DNA of 64,000 nucleotides from positions 122,450,001 through 122,514,000 of the forward strand of contig NC_058369.1 in NCBI RefSeq assembly GCF_018350175.1, in the 5' to 3' direction. The DNA is from Felis catus. Lineage: Eukaryota. The notes beneath the pieces were generated by a model. It searched no databases. It saw only the letters and a list, made by a program, of their open reading frames with translations, and was not told the origin of the DNA. Below, piece by piece: positions 52,920 to 64,000 of this stretch (position 1 is the first letter of the stretch; each line of letters begins with the position of its first letter). A program made the translations under genes and the position numbers.

Positions 52920-53112
52920 TACCCAGTGGTTCTCAAGCATTAGCATGTATCAGAATCACCTGAAGTATTGTGAAAATGCATATTGCTGGACCTAAATTTC
53001 TCATCCAGCAGGTATGAAGTAGGGCCTACCTCATATTCTGCATTTCTAAAAAGTTTCCAGGTGCAGGTGCTGCTTTGGTCTGGAGACTATACTTTAGGAA
53101 GCCCTGTTCTAG
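52920..53112. mobile_element. MER5A MITE
   Basis: cagtggttctcaagcattagcatgtatcagaatcacctg...ttctgcatttctaaaaagtttccaggtg. Confidence 0.75.
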
Positions 53113-53349
53113 ACACTCTACCAAGGACACCAGCTGGACATCACAGTCCCTTTCTGTGAACCTTGGGCCTGGACAATGATTAATTTCCCAAGGTGGGGAG
53201 GACAAATGCAGATGTCAGCAGCATAAGCTTTAGTCAACTTTTCTTCCCAGGCCACTGTCTTAGGGAAAGGAGGCAGAAAGTTCCAAGAGGAAATCAGCCC
53301 ATAGATGTACTTTTAGTCTCAAAGTGTAAGATCATCTCTGAACCAACTA

Positions 53350-53800
53350 GGATTGATTTCAGTGGGCTATAAAATAAAAACATAAAAATAAAATATGTGG
53401 TTTAACAAAGGTAGAAGTTAATTTTTACCACGTTAAAGAAGTCCAGTGGTAAACACTCCAAAGTTGGTGTGGTGGTGTTATGGTCTCTCTGAGGACTCAA
53501 ACTTCCCTCTTTCTGCTCCTGCATTCTTAGCGTGTGACTTCCAGTCTCAAGGTCACATGATTCAAGATGGCTCCTGGAGGTCTGGACATCACCAGATTCA
53601 GGGGCAGTCAGAGTAGGCAAGATGCCCCTCCTCCTAATTTGTTCATTTTGTTTTAAGAAGCCTCACATCTGCTTATATCTTTTTGGCCAACAATTAATCA
53701 CATGGCCATAGTTTACAGCAAGGCAGGCAGTATTATGCATCCCTAAGAAAATTGGAAGCAGAGAGTAGATACTGTCTGGCAAACAGTAATTTGTGTGCTG
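53350..53800. mobile_element. MLT1 (I/J-like) MaLR LTR
   Basis: ggtttaacaaagg...caaggtcacatgattcaagatggctcc...aattaatcacatggcc. Confidence 0.5.
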
Positions 53801-54930
53801 GTCTCAAACTCCCATAGGTGGTGGTCACTGAATTCATCCACACCTGTGAAAAACCAGAGGCTGAATGATCCCACTGATGTCCCACTCTCCAACAGTGGGA
53901 ACAAAGTGAGGGATGCAGTCTCCAACCTTGTCCATAGAAGGACTCTGGAGGGCCCCACTCATAATTGAGGAAACTTTTTATGCCCACGTATAGGAAGCTC
54001 TGGTGTGAGGCGTGAGGGCATGTCTGCATTGTTTCTGGTTTTCTCCACCCTGCTTGCTCTCTCATGACTACATTTCCTGAGTGGATCTGCTCTGCCATGG
54101 ATTCTACATTATATATCTTTTTAATTGGGGGGATCATCAGAGTAGTGACGTAGTTATATAGTTCACTTTTTTTTTGTCTTTGACTTTTTGTCAGTTGCTC
54201 GCAAGTGAACTCAAGTGAGGTACTTCTGAGCTTCCCAACTTTGTTCGACTGCACCCTGGTGATGCCCATTGCTGCTGTTCTGGTCTGGGTGTGCAGATGG
54301 CTTATTCCCCCTGTTCTGGGTGCAAGATTATAATTTTGATGTGTGAAACTCAGTCACAAAGAGCTCTTCTAATTTTTAGAATACTATCTTGTAAATGCTC
54401 ATGTAAAGATAGTTTTCCTTGGCCTCTGAAATAATTGTTTCCTAAATTTCTATATGGGAGAGGCTTACGGGTATCAATGTTTTTAGAAGACGGATGATGG
54501 CAGTAGGATATGTGCCTTTCATTTGTTTAGTTAACAAATACTTGTTGAGCATCTAACTCCTCATTTAGCAAATATCACCTCAACGCTTACTGTGTGTCGG
54601 GAACTGTTCTGTCACTGGTAATCATCACAGATGAGGGCCCTGCTCTCCAAGATCTTACATTCTAAATAAGGAAAGAGAGAGATGAGGTGATTTCAGATAG
54701 AAAGTGTTATAAAGAAAACAGCTATTGATAAGTAGAGAGTACTGGGATCGGCCAGCCAGGGGAGACCTATTTAGGATGCAGACATTAAGTACCTGAACAT
54801 TCTGCCCCTCTCAGACTCGTTAACCCACCCCCTGTGGATCTCTGCAAACACCAAAGGGAAAAGCATTCCATGTAGAGGAACTAGCAAGAGAAAATGCACC
54901 AAAGTGTGAAATGCATATTCCAAGAAGGGC

Positions 54931-55399
54931 ATCTACTTTCCTAGGGCTGTTGTAACAAATTACCATAAACCAAGTCACTTAAAACAACAGAAATTAATTC
55001 TTTCACAGTTCTGGAGGCCAGCAGGCTGAAATTAAGGTGTCAGCAGGGTACCCAAATGCTCTAAAGGCCCTGAAGGCTCTACAGGAGGATCTGTTCTGTA
55101 CCTTTCTCTTAGCTTCCTGTCTTGCTGGCAATTCTTGTATTCCTTGGCCTGGAGAGGCATCACTCCAGCTTTTTCTCAGTTATCACATGGCTTTCTCCCT
55201 GTATGTCTGTCTGTGTATCTGTGTCTTCCACTTTTACAGGGATACCAGTCATATTGGGTTTAGAACCCACTCTAATCTAATATAACCCCATATTAACTAA
55301 TTACATCTGCAAAGACCCTATTTTCACATAAGGGCACATTGACAGGTATCTGGAATTAGGATTTCAATGTGTCTTTTGAGGGGACATGTTTCAATGCAC
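54931..55399 (-). mobile_element. MLT1B/C-like MaLR solo LTR
   Basis: ctagggctgttgtaacaaattaccataaacc...aaaacaacagaaatt...acagttctggaggcc...aattacatctgcaaagaccctatttt. Confidence 0.8.
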
Positions 55400-56422
55400 A
55401 GCAAAGGTCAAGAAAGTTTGAACCTTCACTGGTTAAGCTAATTCACTGCTTTGACTTTGATAATTTGGCAGAGGTAGGGATTGATGATGGAAATGTGGGG
55501 CAAAGGTGGGTGTCACAGCCTCCTCTCATCCACAATCATCCCTCAGCACCACTAATGCACTCGAGTAAAAAAACAAAACAAAAACATGCATCAGCCCTGG
55601 CCCACCCAGTCCTGGTCTGGTCTTTTGCTGAGAATTTCTCATGTTTCCCATGGAAATTGACTGACTCCTCAGATTCCATTGCCAGATCACAACCCCCACA
55701 GCAGCATCAAAACGCTTAGGGGGCCCAGTCTCAACAGGTGAAGCTGGATGAAATTCATTCAGGAAGGCTAGACACTGACCTTGTGTCACTGTCCAAATAA
55801 CCCCAGCTTTCAAAGAAGTTGAGTGCCCATTCCAAAGCAGAAGCAAAAGCAAACTGAAAAAATGACAGCTACACATACTCATGGATGCCAGACTTGTTTG
55901 AAACCATCATTTACATATATTCCAACTCATACAGACTTTCACATGGAGATTTAGGAGTGAAGTCCCACCATGTCAATGGGAATTATCTTTGTTTTGGCCC
56001 TCAGGGCTTACTCTCAGGCTACCCCTCTCAGTCATTCTCTCTCGTTTTCTTTCAAGACAGTCCGTGCCCCCAGTCTATTACAATCTCTTTACTTACTTTC
56101 TCGCACCCTGGGTCCCTCCTCTCTGCCTTTAATCTAGATTCAGGTATGGGCTGGTGGTCAACATTTTCCTTGAGATAATACCCTTTTTGTGTCCCTGTGT
56201 TTTGGGTTTCCTGATATTTGAGAGTCATCTGTGATTTTCTCCACAACCCTCTTCTTCTTAGACACTCTCTCCATGGGCAAAAACTTTCACTTTTATTAAT
56301 TAACCATGACCTCGGTTGGGCATGAAGAGTTGAACCCCAATCTTCATCTCCAGGCACAATCTATTGGCAAAGGCAGGGGTTTGTGCCATAAGTACTATGG
56401 AGAGAGTTGAGTGAACTTCAGG

Positions 56423-56443
56423 TCCAGCACCACAGACAGTTCC
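56423..56443 (+). promoter_or_regulatory. Candidate RE1/NRSE (REST-binding site)
   Basis: TCCAGCACCACAGACAGTTCC, 17/21 match to TTCAGCACCACGGACAGCGCC with canonical 2-nt spacer. Confidence 0.5.
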
Positions 56444-56499
56444 AACATACTATAAGTACTTGAGAGTCAAATCTTTTTGTGGCTAATTGATCCAACTTG

Positions 56500-57200
56500 A
56501 TCAAAGGCAAATCTGGGATTTATACAGCCTGAAACACATATAATTGGGGGAGGCTCTTTAATAAAAAACAAAAAATTTAAATTCAAATTTAGTTATAACA
56601 ATGAGATGTTCTTTTTTAGAATGAGAAAATTTGACAACTGTCACAAATATTTTAAAATCCCCCCAAAATGTATAATATTTATATTAATTACTCTATGACA
56701 CTTTTGTCTACTTTTTGGGCTATACACTCTTTGGTTATATCTTATTTTGGATAATAATTTTTAAATCATTCTCTATACAGATAATTGAAATCTAATTTAG
56801 TCACACGATTAATAAAATATGTAGTTTACTATTGATAATTTGGTCTCAGTACCAGTAAGAACAGAATCCTCCACTTAAAATGTTACATATCTGGTGATTG
56901 GATGATTATTTTCACAGACTAGTGCCTGGCCCCATATATGCCAAACTTTGTTTCTCCGCAAACAATGGAGTCACAATGCCAGACCCTGTAGGACACTTTC
57001 ACATTTTGATATGATCTCTAGCCCTCTGTTTTTATATGTAATGCTGAATGAAATATAATAGTATTCCTAGAAGGCTTAGTAATAATCTAACTATATAATG
57101 AAGCAACAGTACATTTCTTAATTGTAACCCAAACTGAATGTATCTCTAACACTACTCAACATGTGACATGGCGCTGGATTTTTAGTCTCTTGAAACATAT
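56500..57200. mobile_element. Ancient AT-rich DNA-transposon (hAT-like) fragment; family uncertain
   Basis: AT-rich block resembling old hAT internal sequence, from memory only. Confidence 0.3.
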
Positions 57201-57479
57201 AGTATTTTGACTGTTAGAGACACCTGCTAATAGCTGGGGAAGGGGTTTGGTAAGTCAACTTTTCCAGGAGAATTTTTCTTAAGTCTGAGTATTAATGAAC
57301 AAATGGATAAGAAGAGAGGAAAGAAATACCATTAAAAGCAGCAAAAGTAGTATGAGCAAAGACTTACTGACTTTCTTCTGAAAGGCTTTCCATGATCCCA
57401 AATCTGGCTAAATCCTCTCTGGTATTTTCTCCTAGAATTCTGTACTGAAGTCCTACTGAATGCGAGCATTCATGCAAAA

Positions 57480-58740
57480 AAATATTAATGGCATGTCTAT
57501 TAAGTTCTATATGTTTTAGATGCCTGGGATAAAACCATGAGTTAAGGATAAGATTTTTTTTTTTCTTGTAGGGAATACATTCTAATCAGAAAGGCAGAAA
57601 AAATATAGGTAAATAATAACATAGTTTCAGGTTGTGCTATATGTAGTGCTACAAAATAGGATAATGGGATAGAGCAGATTTTAATAGGGTGCTCTGGACA
57701 AGGCTCTCAAGAAGGTGACATTTGAGGGGCGCCTGGGTGGCGCAGTCGGTTAAGCGTCCGACTTCAGCCAGGTCACGATCTCGCGGTCCGTGAGTTCGAG
57801 CCCCGCGTCGGGCTCTGGGCTGATGGCTCAGAGCCTGGAGCCTGTTTCCGATTCTGTGTCTCCCTCTCTCTCTGCCCCTCCCCCGTTCATTCTCTGTCTC
57901 TCTCTGTCCCAAATTTAAAAATAAAAAAATAAAAAAAATAAAAAAAAAAAGAAGGTGACATTTGAGTTGAGTGCTAAAAGACAAGGGTATGGCCATTCAA
58001 AGATTAAAAAGGGCAATGATCTGAAAAGTGCAAAGATCCTGAGGTAGGTACAGACTTCGTGGTGTTCCTAGAAACAGAAAAATGACCAGTGTGGCTAGAA
58101 TGTCTGATTAACAAGGCTGGTAAGCAAACTTTAGTTTCAAATACATAGAAATTATGGGCGAAGAGTGATATGTATACATATGTACATGTTTAGAAATATA
58201 GCAGAACTAATGCAAGAAAGGGAAATCTCCAGGGGATGGAAATAAGGAGAGTGGAAATAAGCAATGAGTGCAGCAAGTCCTGGGGAAGGTCATAATGTTT
58301 GAGAAGCAGGCAGTGACCAGGTCATGTAGTGCCTTGTAGGCCATGATAAGAAATCTGGAATATTTCTCAAGAGCGGTAGAAAGTCTTGGGAGCGTTTTAA
58401 GCTAGAAAGTGAGGCCATGCACTTTATATGTTCAAATCACTCTGGCAGCCTTGTAGAGAATGGACTGTAGGCTCATCCAGAGGCAGCTACCATTGTCCAG
58501 ATGAGAAAGATGATCTCAAAGCTTGGAGTCGAGCTGTAGCAGTGGACATGGTGAGAAACTACTGGATCAGGGGCATTTGGAGCTCAAGCCAGTGGGAGTT
58601 GCTCTTGGGTTGGGCATGGTAAGGGAAAGATGATGATCAAGTTCTTGAACAATGGCTAGGGTGGGGGTGCCATTAGTGTAGATGAAGAGGAGGAGGGTAG
58701 ACTGTGGGGGAGACTCGAAGAATTCTGTGACAGAAGGGTC
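57480..58740 (-). mobile_element. L2 fragment, antisense, interrupted by a young SINE
   Basis: ggccagtgtggctagaa-like, gtagtgccttgtaggccatg, gtccagatgagaaagatg motifs of antisense L2. Confidence 0.65.
57726..57950 (+). mobile_element. Very young SINEC_Fc with perfect 17-bp TSD
   Basis: TSD aagaaggtgacatttga 57709-57725 and 57949-57965; all CpGs intact. Confidence 0.98.
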
Positions 58741-59232
58741 AACTTCTAATGTCACTGACTTTATCAGTCAGGAGTCAGTTAGGAAAAAAAGAAGCCATTC
58801 TGGGTATTCCAAGTATGAGGAGTTTTAATAGGGGGAATAAGAGGCTCAGAGAAGAGTTGGACAGGCTGAAGGAATGAGACTCAGCCTGCACTGAACCCCG
58901 CCCCCCCCCCCCCAGCAGCACCAGGACCTGAGGCTGGGCCTTGGCCCACAAAGCAGGCACCATGGAAACACAGAGAGTGCAGAAGACAGGTGTCCTGGTC
59001 TCTGCAAGTGGCCTAGTGAGTGGACCTGCCTCCTCATTCATCTGCATCACGAGCAGGGAAATACTTAAAACAGGTCACGACCCAACCTGTCATTTAAGCT
59101 GAACGAGCAAGTGAGGCAAGAGCAAATATAAAAAGCCCAGGAACTGAGAACCCATTTGTCCCCCAGTCAATACACCTAGAGGCACGTTTCCTGATCTTGA
59201 GTTCTTTGGGAGGAAAATTAGTGCGTGGGTCT

Positions 59233-59252
59233 GCACTGCCCCCTTCTGGTCA
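59233..59252 (-). promoter_or_regulatory. Candidate CTCF site
   Basis: Minus strand TGACCAGAAGGGGGCAGTGC, one mismatch to the CCASYAGRKGGCR core. Confidence 0.35.
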
Positions 59253-61589
59253 CTCAGTTATCAACAAGGCAGCGCCACGCTCCTTTCTGGAAATCGCAGG
59301 AGCCCTTCCCAGCAGGGATTTCTCTGCCAACCCGACTTGTTTCCACACAATGACTCATAAATGAGATAATGAAGGGCAAGAGCAAGTTAAAATATTTACT
59401 ATAATTAACATCGGGATGAAAAACTTACATCTTAAATTGCCTGCGGAGAGACTGTGGCCTAGAGAGGATTTTGCATTGGGTTTAACCCTCTGTATTTTTC
59501 GTTGGCAAGAATACACTTACGTTTTTTTCTCACCATACAGAAAGTTGATTTCTGAAGACCACAAAAATATAACAAACATATGTTCAGTGTCATTTAGGAG
59601 GTAAATATGTGCCTAAGAGTTTTCACACTCAGTTGTAAACATGAATATACACGTTTATTCATTCATTCGTTCCTCAGATTTCCACTGAGGTGTTTGCTGT
59701 GTCCTGCCTCCCATGCTGTGGGAGACACGGAGGTGAAAGAGGTAAGGACTCTGATCTTGAGGAGCTTGCTGTTTGTAAGGAAGTAAATAACTAAGAAGGC
59801 AAACCGGGAGATGTGCCTTAACAGACACTATTGGTACCCACCCAGGTCCAGATGCTGCAGGTGTGGGCTGCTGATGGTGTCCCTGCCCCCTTCTCCAGAT
59901 GGTCGCTGGGGGATGCCCAAGGGGTGATACCACCCTCCCTCCATACTTCCCATCGGGTGAAGCCTGTGTCCAGGGACTGACGGATGGAGGAATAGGACAG
60001 CCCAGTCCCTTGCCTCTGTGTGGCACTGTGCAGGGGCAGGAGGGGGCTGATTCTGCTGAAATGACATCTCTGCCCATCCCTTTCCTCCGTCCCTCCCTGT
60101 TTTCCTCATTCCACGACAGTTTCTCCCAAGGGCACCCCCCTCTGTAAGTTACTTGCTCGAGATTCTCCATTTCAGGCTCTGCTTCTACAGAATCCAGATA
60201 AAAACATGTGCCATTGAAAAGGCTCAGGACAGACCATATCTAGTTTTAGGATCAGGAAAATGTGCCTGGAAGGTTAGGTTAGATTTGAGCACTTTAGACA
60301 TGATCGTTCATTCCACAAACACATATTGACGGAGTGCCTTCTATGAACTGGGCAGGCTTCCAGGCCTTGGGGACCCAGCAGCAAATATGGTAAAGTCTTG
60401 TTATCACTGGCATTTACAGTCTAATGGGAAGGGAAAGAGACAAGAAAACAAGTGATGGACGATTAGATAAATTGAAGTAAGTTCTGTAGTGAAAATAAAA
60501 TATGCCAACTAGTTAATGTCACCAAGTTTCTTTCCTACAATTTTCCAAAAACTTGCCCATGGGGACAAATGTGCTAATTCTTTTCATCCAGTGGTTGAGG
60601 TCTCAGTCAGTGTCAACTCCCAGAATTCCTGCTATGGATGGTTAGTTTAAACCATGGCATTGACCACTGAGCGTATCCCACACCGTTTCAAACAAGCACT
60701 GTATTTGGTTTCTCGGAACATTCTCTAGGCTTTCCACATTTAAGGCATTGAAGTCTTTCATTTAGTCTCTGGATTCAGAGCCAAGAGTCCCTCTAAAGGA
60801 CCAGGGATGGTGTAAACCAGTAGGAGACAAGTCTCTGCCATTTCTGGTAGTGAATGCCTCTGGTCACCTGATGAATGACCCTGGTGACAAAGGCAGGTGG
60901 CCTTTGTGACCTAGTGGACCTTGGGTCCTTCTGGGAGCCCAGGCTGTCCTCGTTCTGCATGGCTATCAGTTCCATTCTCCATGCCAGTGTCCTGAGAATA
61001 TGCTGTCCTTTGATCTAATAAGCCTTCCGAAGACCTGTGGCCTTAAGACCTAAAACTTCTCACTGGTCTGTAAACTCTCGCAGTAGGGGTGTGTTTTATT
61101 CATCTTTCTATGCCCCATAGGGCACAAAACAGTTTTACTGCACAGGAGTTAACGAGTGATGTTTGTGGAAGTGAGTGACTTCCAGGACGCTTTTTAATCC
61201 CCATTTGCTTGCCTTACTCATGCTCCCCAAAGGCCAGGCCACAGTCCTCTCTCCATTGGACAAGCCTCATGCCCTTTCCAGCCTTTGCTGCCTTTTCTCA
61301 GCCTGTTCTCCTGCTCAGTGGCTGTGTGGGGAATTTAAAGAAACCCCTGGGCTTTTGAGATAGCTAGCCTGCAGTGGAATCCCAAAGTCTGTGACTTAGA
61401 GCAAATGGCTTCTAAGCATACAGCCTCCCACTCCTGCCTGTACAGAGTAGCTGCTCAACATATTTCGTTCCCCAGCTCCCATCTTCCACCCCCTTCACTT
61501 CTGAAATAGTCTGTGTTCCCAATAACAAAAGGACTCACCTTTCCAATCTCACCTCTTCCACAAAGGCTGTCATGATCACTGGGATGGAA

Positions 61590-62020
61590 GAGTGACCCTA
61601 GAGCCAACGTTTTTTTTCTTTTTTCTTTTCTATAATTTGTGTAGGATAGGATCTTCCTAATGCAGCAGTTATCAATCCTATGAAACATTTCTTTCTCATA
61701 ACACTTTGAGTGGCTGTTAGGGCTTTTCTAAATATTTTGAACCTTCTCTTTATGGGCACACAATTGGATGGCATACACCCTAGTCGGATATGGCCACGTG
61801 ACATGGACTAGCCAATGAACCGTGAACAGAAGTGAGCTGGGCCGCTTTGCTATCGAAGCATTCAAGAGCCATGTGAGATCTGTCATGTTCTTGTTCCCTC
61901 TGCTGGAGCAAAGATCAAGGCGGAAATGCCATTTGTGCCAGAAATAAGCTTTGGCTGTTTTAAATCGCAGAGATTAACACAGAGTTGTTAATTTCTGCAG
62001 CATAATTAGCTCATTATGAT
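61590..62020. mobile_element. MLT1 (I/J-like) MaLR LTR fragment
   Basis: ggccacgtgacatggactagccaatgaa...agaagtga...agaaataagcttt...ttttaaatcgcagagatt. Confidence 0.5.
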
Positions 62021-62559
62021 TGATGCATCCATTATACTTTCCTAAAATGAAATTCACATAGTATATATGTGTGTGTATGTGTCTATATGTGTAGGCAAAT
62101 GTACTTATTACAATTTTTAAAAAGCAATATAATGGTCTAACTGCAATATAAAAAAGAATGGGGGCATTAAACTGTAATGATATTTATTCAATAAGTACAT
62201 GTCAGCCCTCAGCTGACAACACTATAGCAGACATAAAGAAGTAGATGCTTTTGTCCATCTACGATAAATATCTATGATATTATACATAAATACAGCCGCT
62301 GCAAAGACAGGCTCTTAGAGATGTGCCAGTGACCCAAACGCCACCAGCAGAACTATTGTCATTGACACAATTATCTAAAATTAGGAACACATCCCAGTAG
62401 AGTTTTGGACAAGAGTTTAATCCTCCCCTGATTAACAAAGCAGTTGCTCTGCTGGGAAATGTAAAATATTCTAAAACCACGCCCCTAATACTTTGCCTGC
62501 AAATATAAACAGGAATTGAGTTCTTGGTCCAGGTTTGAATGTAAACCTATACTGGCCCA

Positions 62560-62790
62560 GGTTTTAAGTTAAAAACCTGTATGTTTTTGCCTACACAAAG
62601 GTCCTTTAGGATACTGGAAGGCTGTCCAGGATGTGGGACAATTCTTCAGAGTGCGGACCTGCCCTGGGTATTGCGAGATGTCCACTGTTCTTGGCCCCTG
62701 CCCAGTAGATGTCAGTTGTGCTCCAGCTCTCATTGTTGTCATTATCCAAAAATGCCCCCCCACCCAAATTTCCAAAGTAAACTTAGAGAC
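62560..62790. mobile_element. MER20-like hAT-Charlie MITE
   Basis: gggacaattcttc...cccagtagatgtcag...ccaaaaatgccccc...aaatttccaaa resembles reverse MER20/MER20B. Confidence 0.6.
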
Positions 62791-64000
62791 GGGGCTTTTC
62801 CTTCCTTGAAAGCTCTTGAGTCTTCCTGAAGAAGGATGCTGCCCTATACTTCTTCAGGTTACCTACCACCACCCAGCTTGTGTAAGAGTAGCTTCCTGAC
62901 TCTGTCGGACTGATGTTCTAAAGCTGATTCTATTCAGCTGAGTTTTTCTTATTAGCACACGCTGAAGGACTGCTCCTATGGCCAGGTCCTCTAGGACTCT
63001 GTCTCTGGTGGCAGCACGAGGACTGGCATATAGGACAGCACAGTGGTGCGCAGAGGGCCGGGTACGCCATGCCCTGCTGGCCAGCGCCGTAAATGCCGGG
63101 TATGTTTCTGGAACATCCCGAACTTTTCCTCACTGGGTTGTTAGAGCTCATGATGCAAGTCATTTCCCCACCTCCGAGGAGGATCTCTGGGGTTTCCACC
63201 GCATCCCAGTGCCTTCCCGCTATTCCCAGTGTTAGATGGCCCAGACCTGGTTCAGGACATAGTGGTACTTGGGCTGGGCTGGCTCAGATGAAAATAGTCC
63301 ATGGGGAATGGGAGCACACTGCGGGCAGCACATGTTCTTAGCTGCTTCTGAAAAGGATGGTGTTCCCAGATTCCTGTGGTCCTCTGTGCCCTCCTCTCCC
63401 AACCCGCCATTCGCCATACGCAGCTGACCTCAGCTTCACCCTGGAGGGACTTCCCTCGTGCCTTGATTTCCATGGCGATGCTGAAGAGCAAGATCCAGGA
63501 GGATTCTGCTCCGCCAAGTGCCGTTATGCTTCAGCAGCTAAGTGTGGGCATTGTTTTGGGAACCAGGAGATGGTCTTGGGGATTAGTAATCTCTGACCCC
63601 CCATTTACCAGTTTGGGGGATTTTCTAAAATGCTGATTGACGATCTGATTCTTGGAAACGCTGTACTCTGCTGTCCAATGTCATAAACCATGTTGTACGG
63701 TGGCCTTGGAGTCGGCATCCTGCCTTTACAGTTCGTGCCTCCTAGCACAGGCTCTCACTCTATCTTCCATCCCAGTCTGGTGGCTACTTTCTTGACCTCT
63801 GCCTCCGAAGGTTAAGCAATACATTTGTGTTTTGTGGGGGAGGGTAGAACCCATCCGTTCCTGCCTTCAGACCCCATTTCCAGCTGGCATTCCTTGATGG
63901 CAACAGGCATTATCTCAGGCAGATAGCAGGGGGCAGGAGGGGGCTGAGGATCTTATGTCTCCCATTTCTTTGGTTCTCTAGCCTGAATCTTACGTCCAGC

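Noticed and set aside
51260-64000. Possible second gene or pseudogene downstream
   Set aside because: No exon-like or protein-like sequence recognised; mostly L2, MaLR, MER and SINE remnants with short spurious ORFs

Overview
Felid genomic DNA (SINEC_Fc-type CAN-SINEs, probably cat or a close relative). It contains the complete coding region of ADCYAP1R1, the PACAP type 1 receptor (PAC1, class B1 GPCR), on the + strand. The window starts inside intron 1, so the non-coding first exon and promoter are outside it. I traced 15 constitutive or core coding exons from ATG 3315 to TGA 46638; they join to 1407 nt, the 468-aa null isoform. The two alternative ICL3 cassettes are intact: hip (36171-36254) and hop1/hop2 (40279/40282-40362). 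A 3'UTR of about 4.6 kb probably ends near AATAAA 51233. The remaining ~13 kb is intergenic and mostly old repeats (L2, MaLR LTRs, hAT MITEs). There are two sized N gaps. I found no second gene and no wholly new system. The most promising observations are post-transcriptional and regulatory: a GUG-initiated 17-codon N-terminal extension, tandem RBFOX motifs between a candidate poison exon and exon 4, a UG-repeat-flanked cryptic acceptor, a ~50-copy YCAY array, an RBFOX/CpG/G4 module after hop, clustered miR-138 and miR-128 seed sites, and a strong RE1/NRSE match downstream. Repeat family names and cross-species comparisons come from my recollection of consensus and ortholog sequences and need RepeatMasker or alignment confirmation. 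Exon numbers use the 18-exon scheme (hip=14, hop=15).
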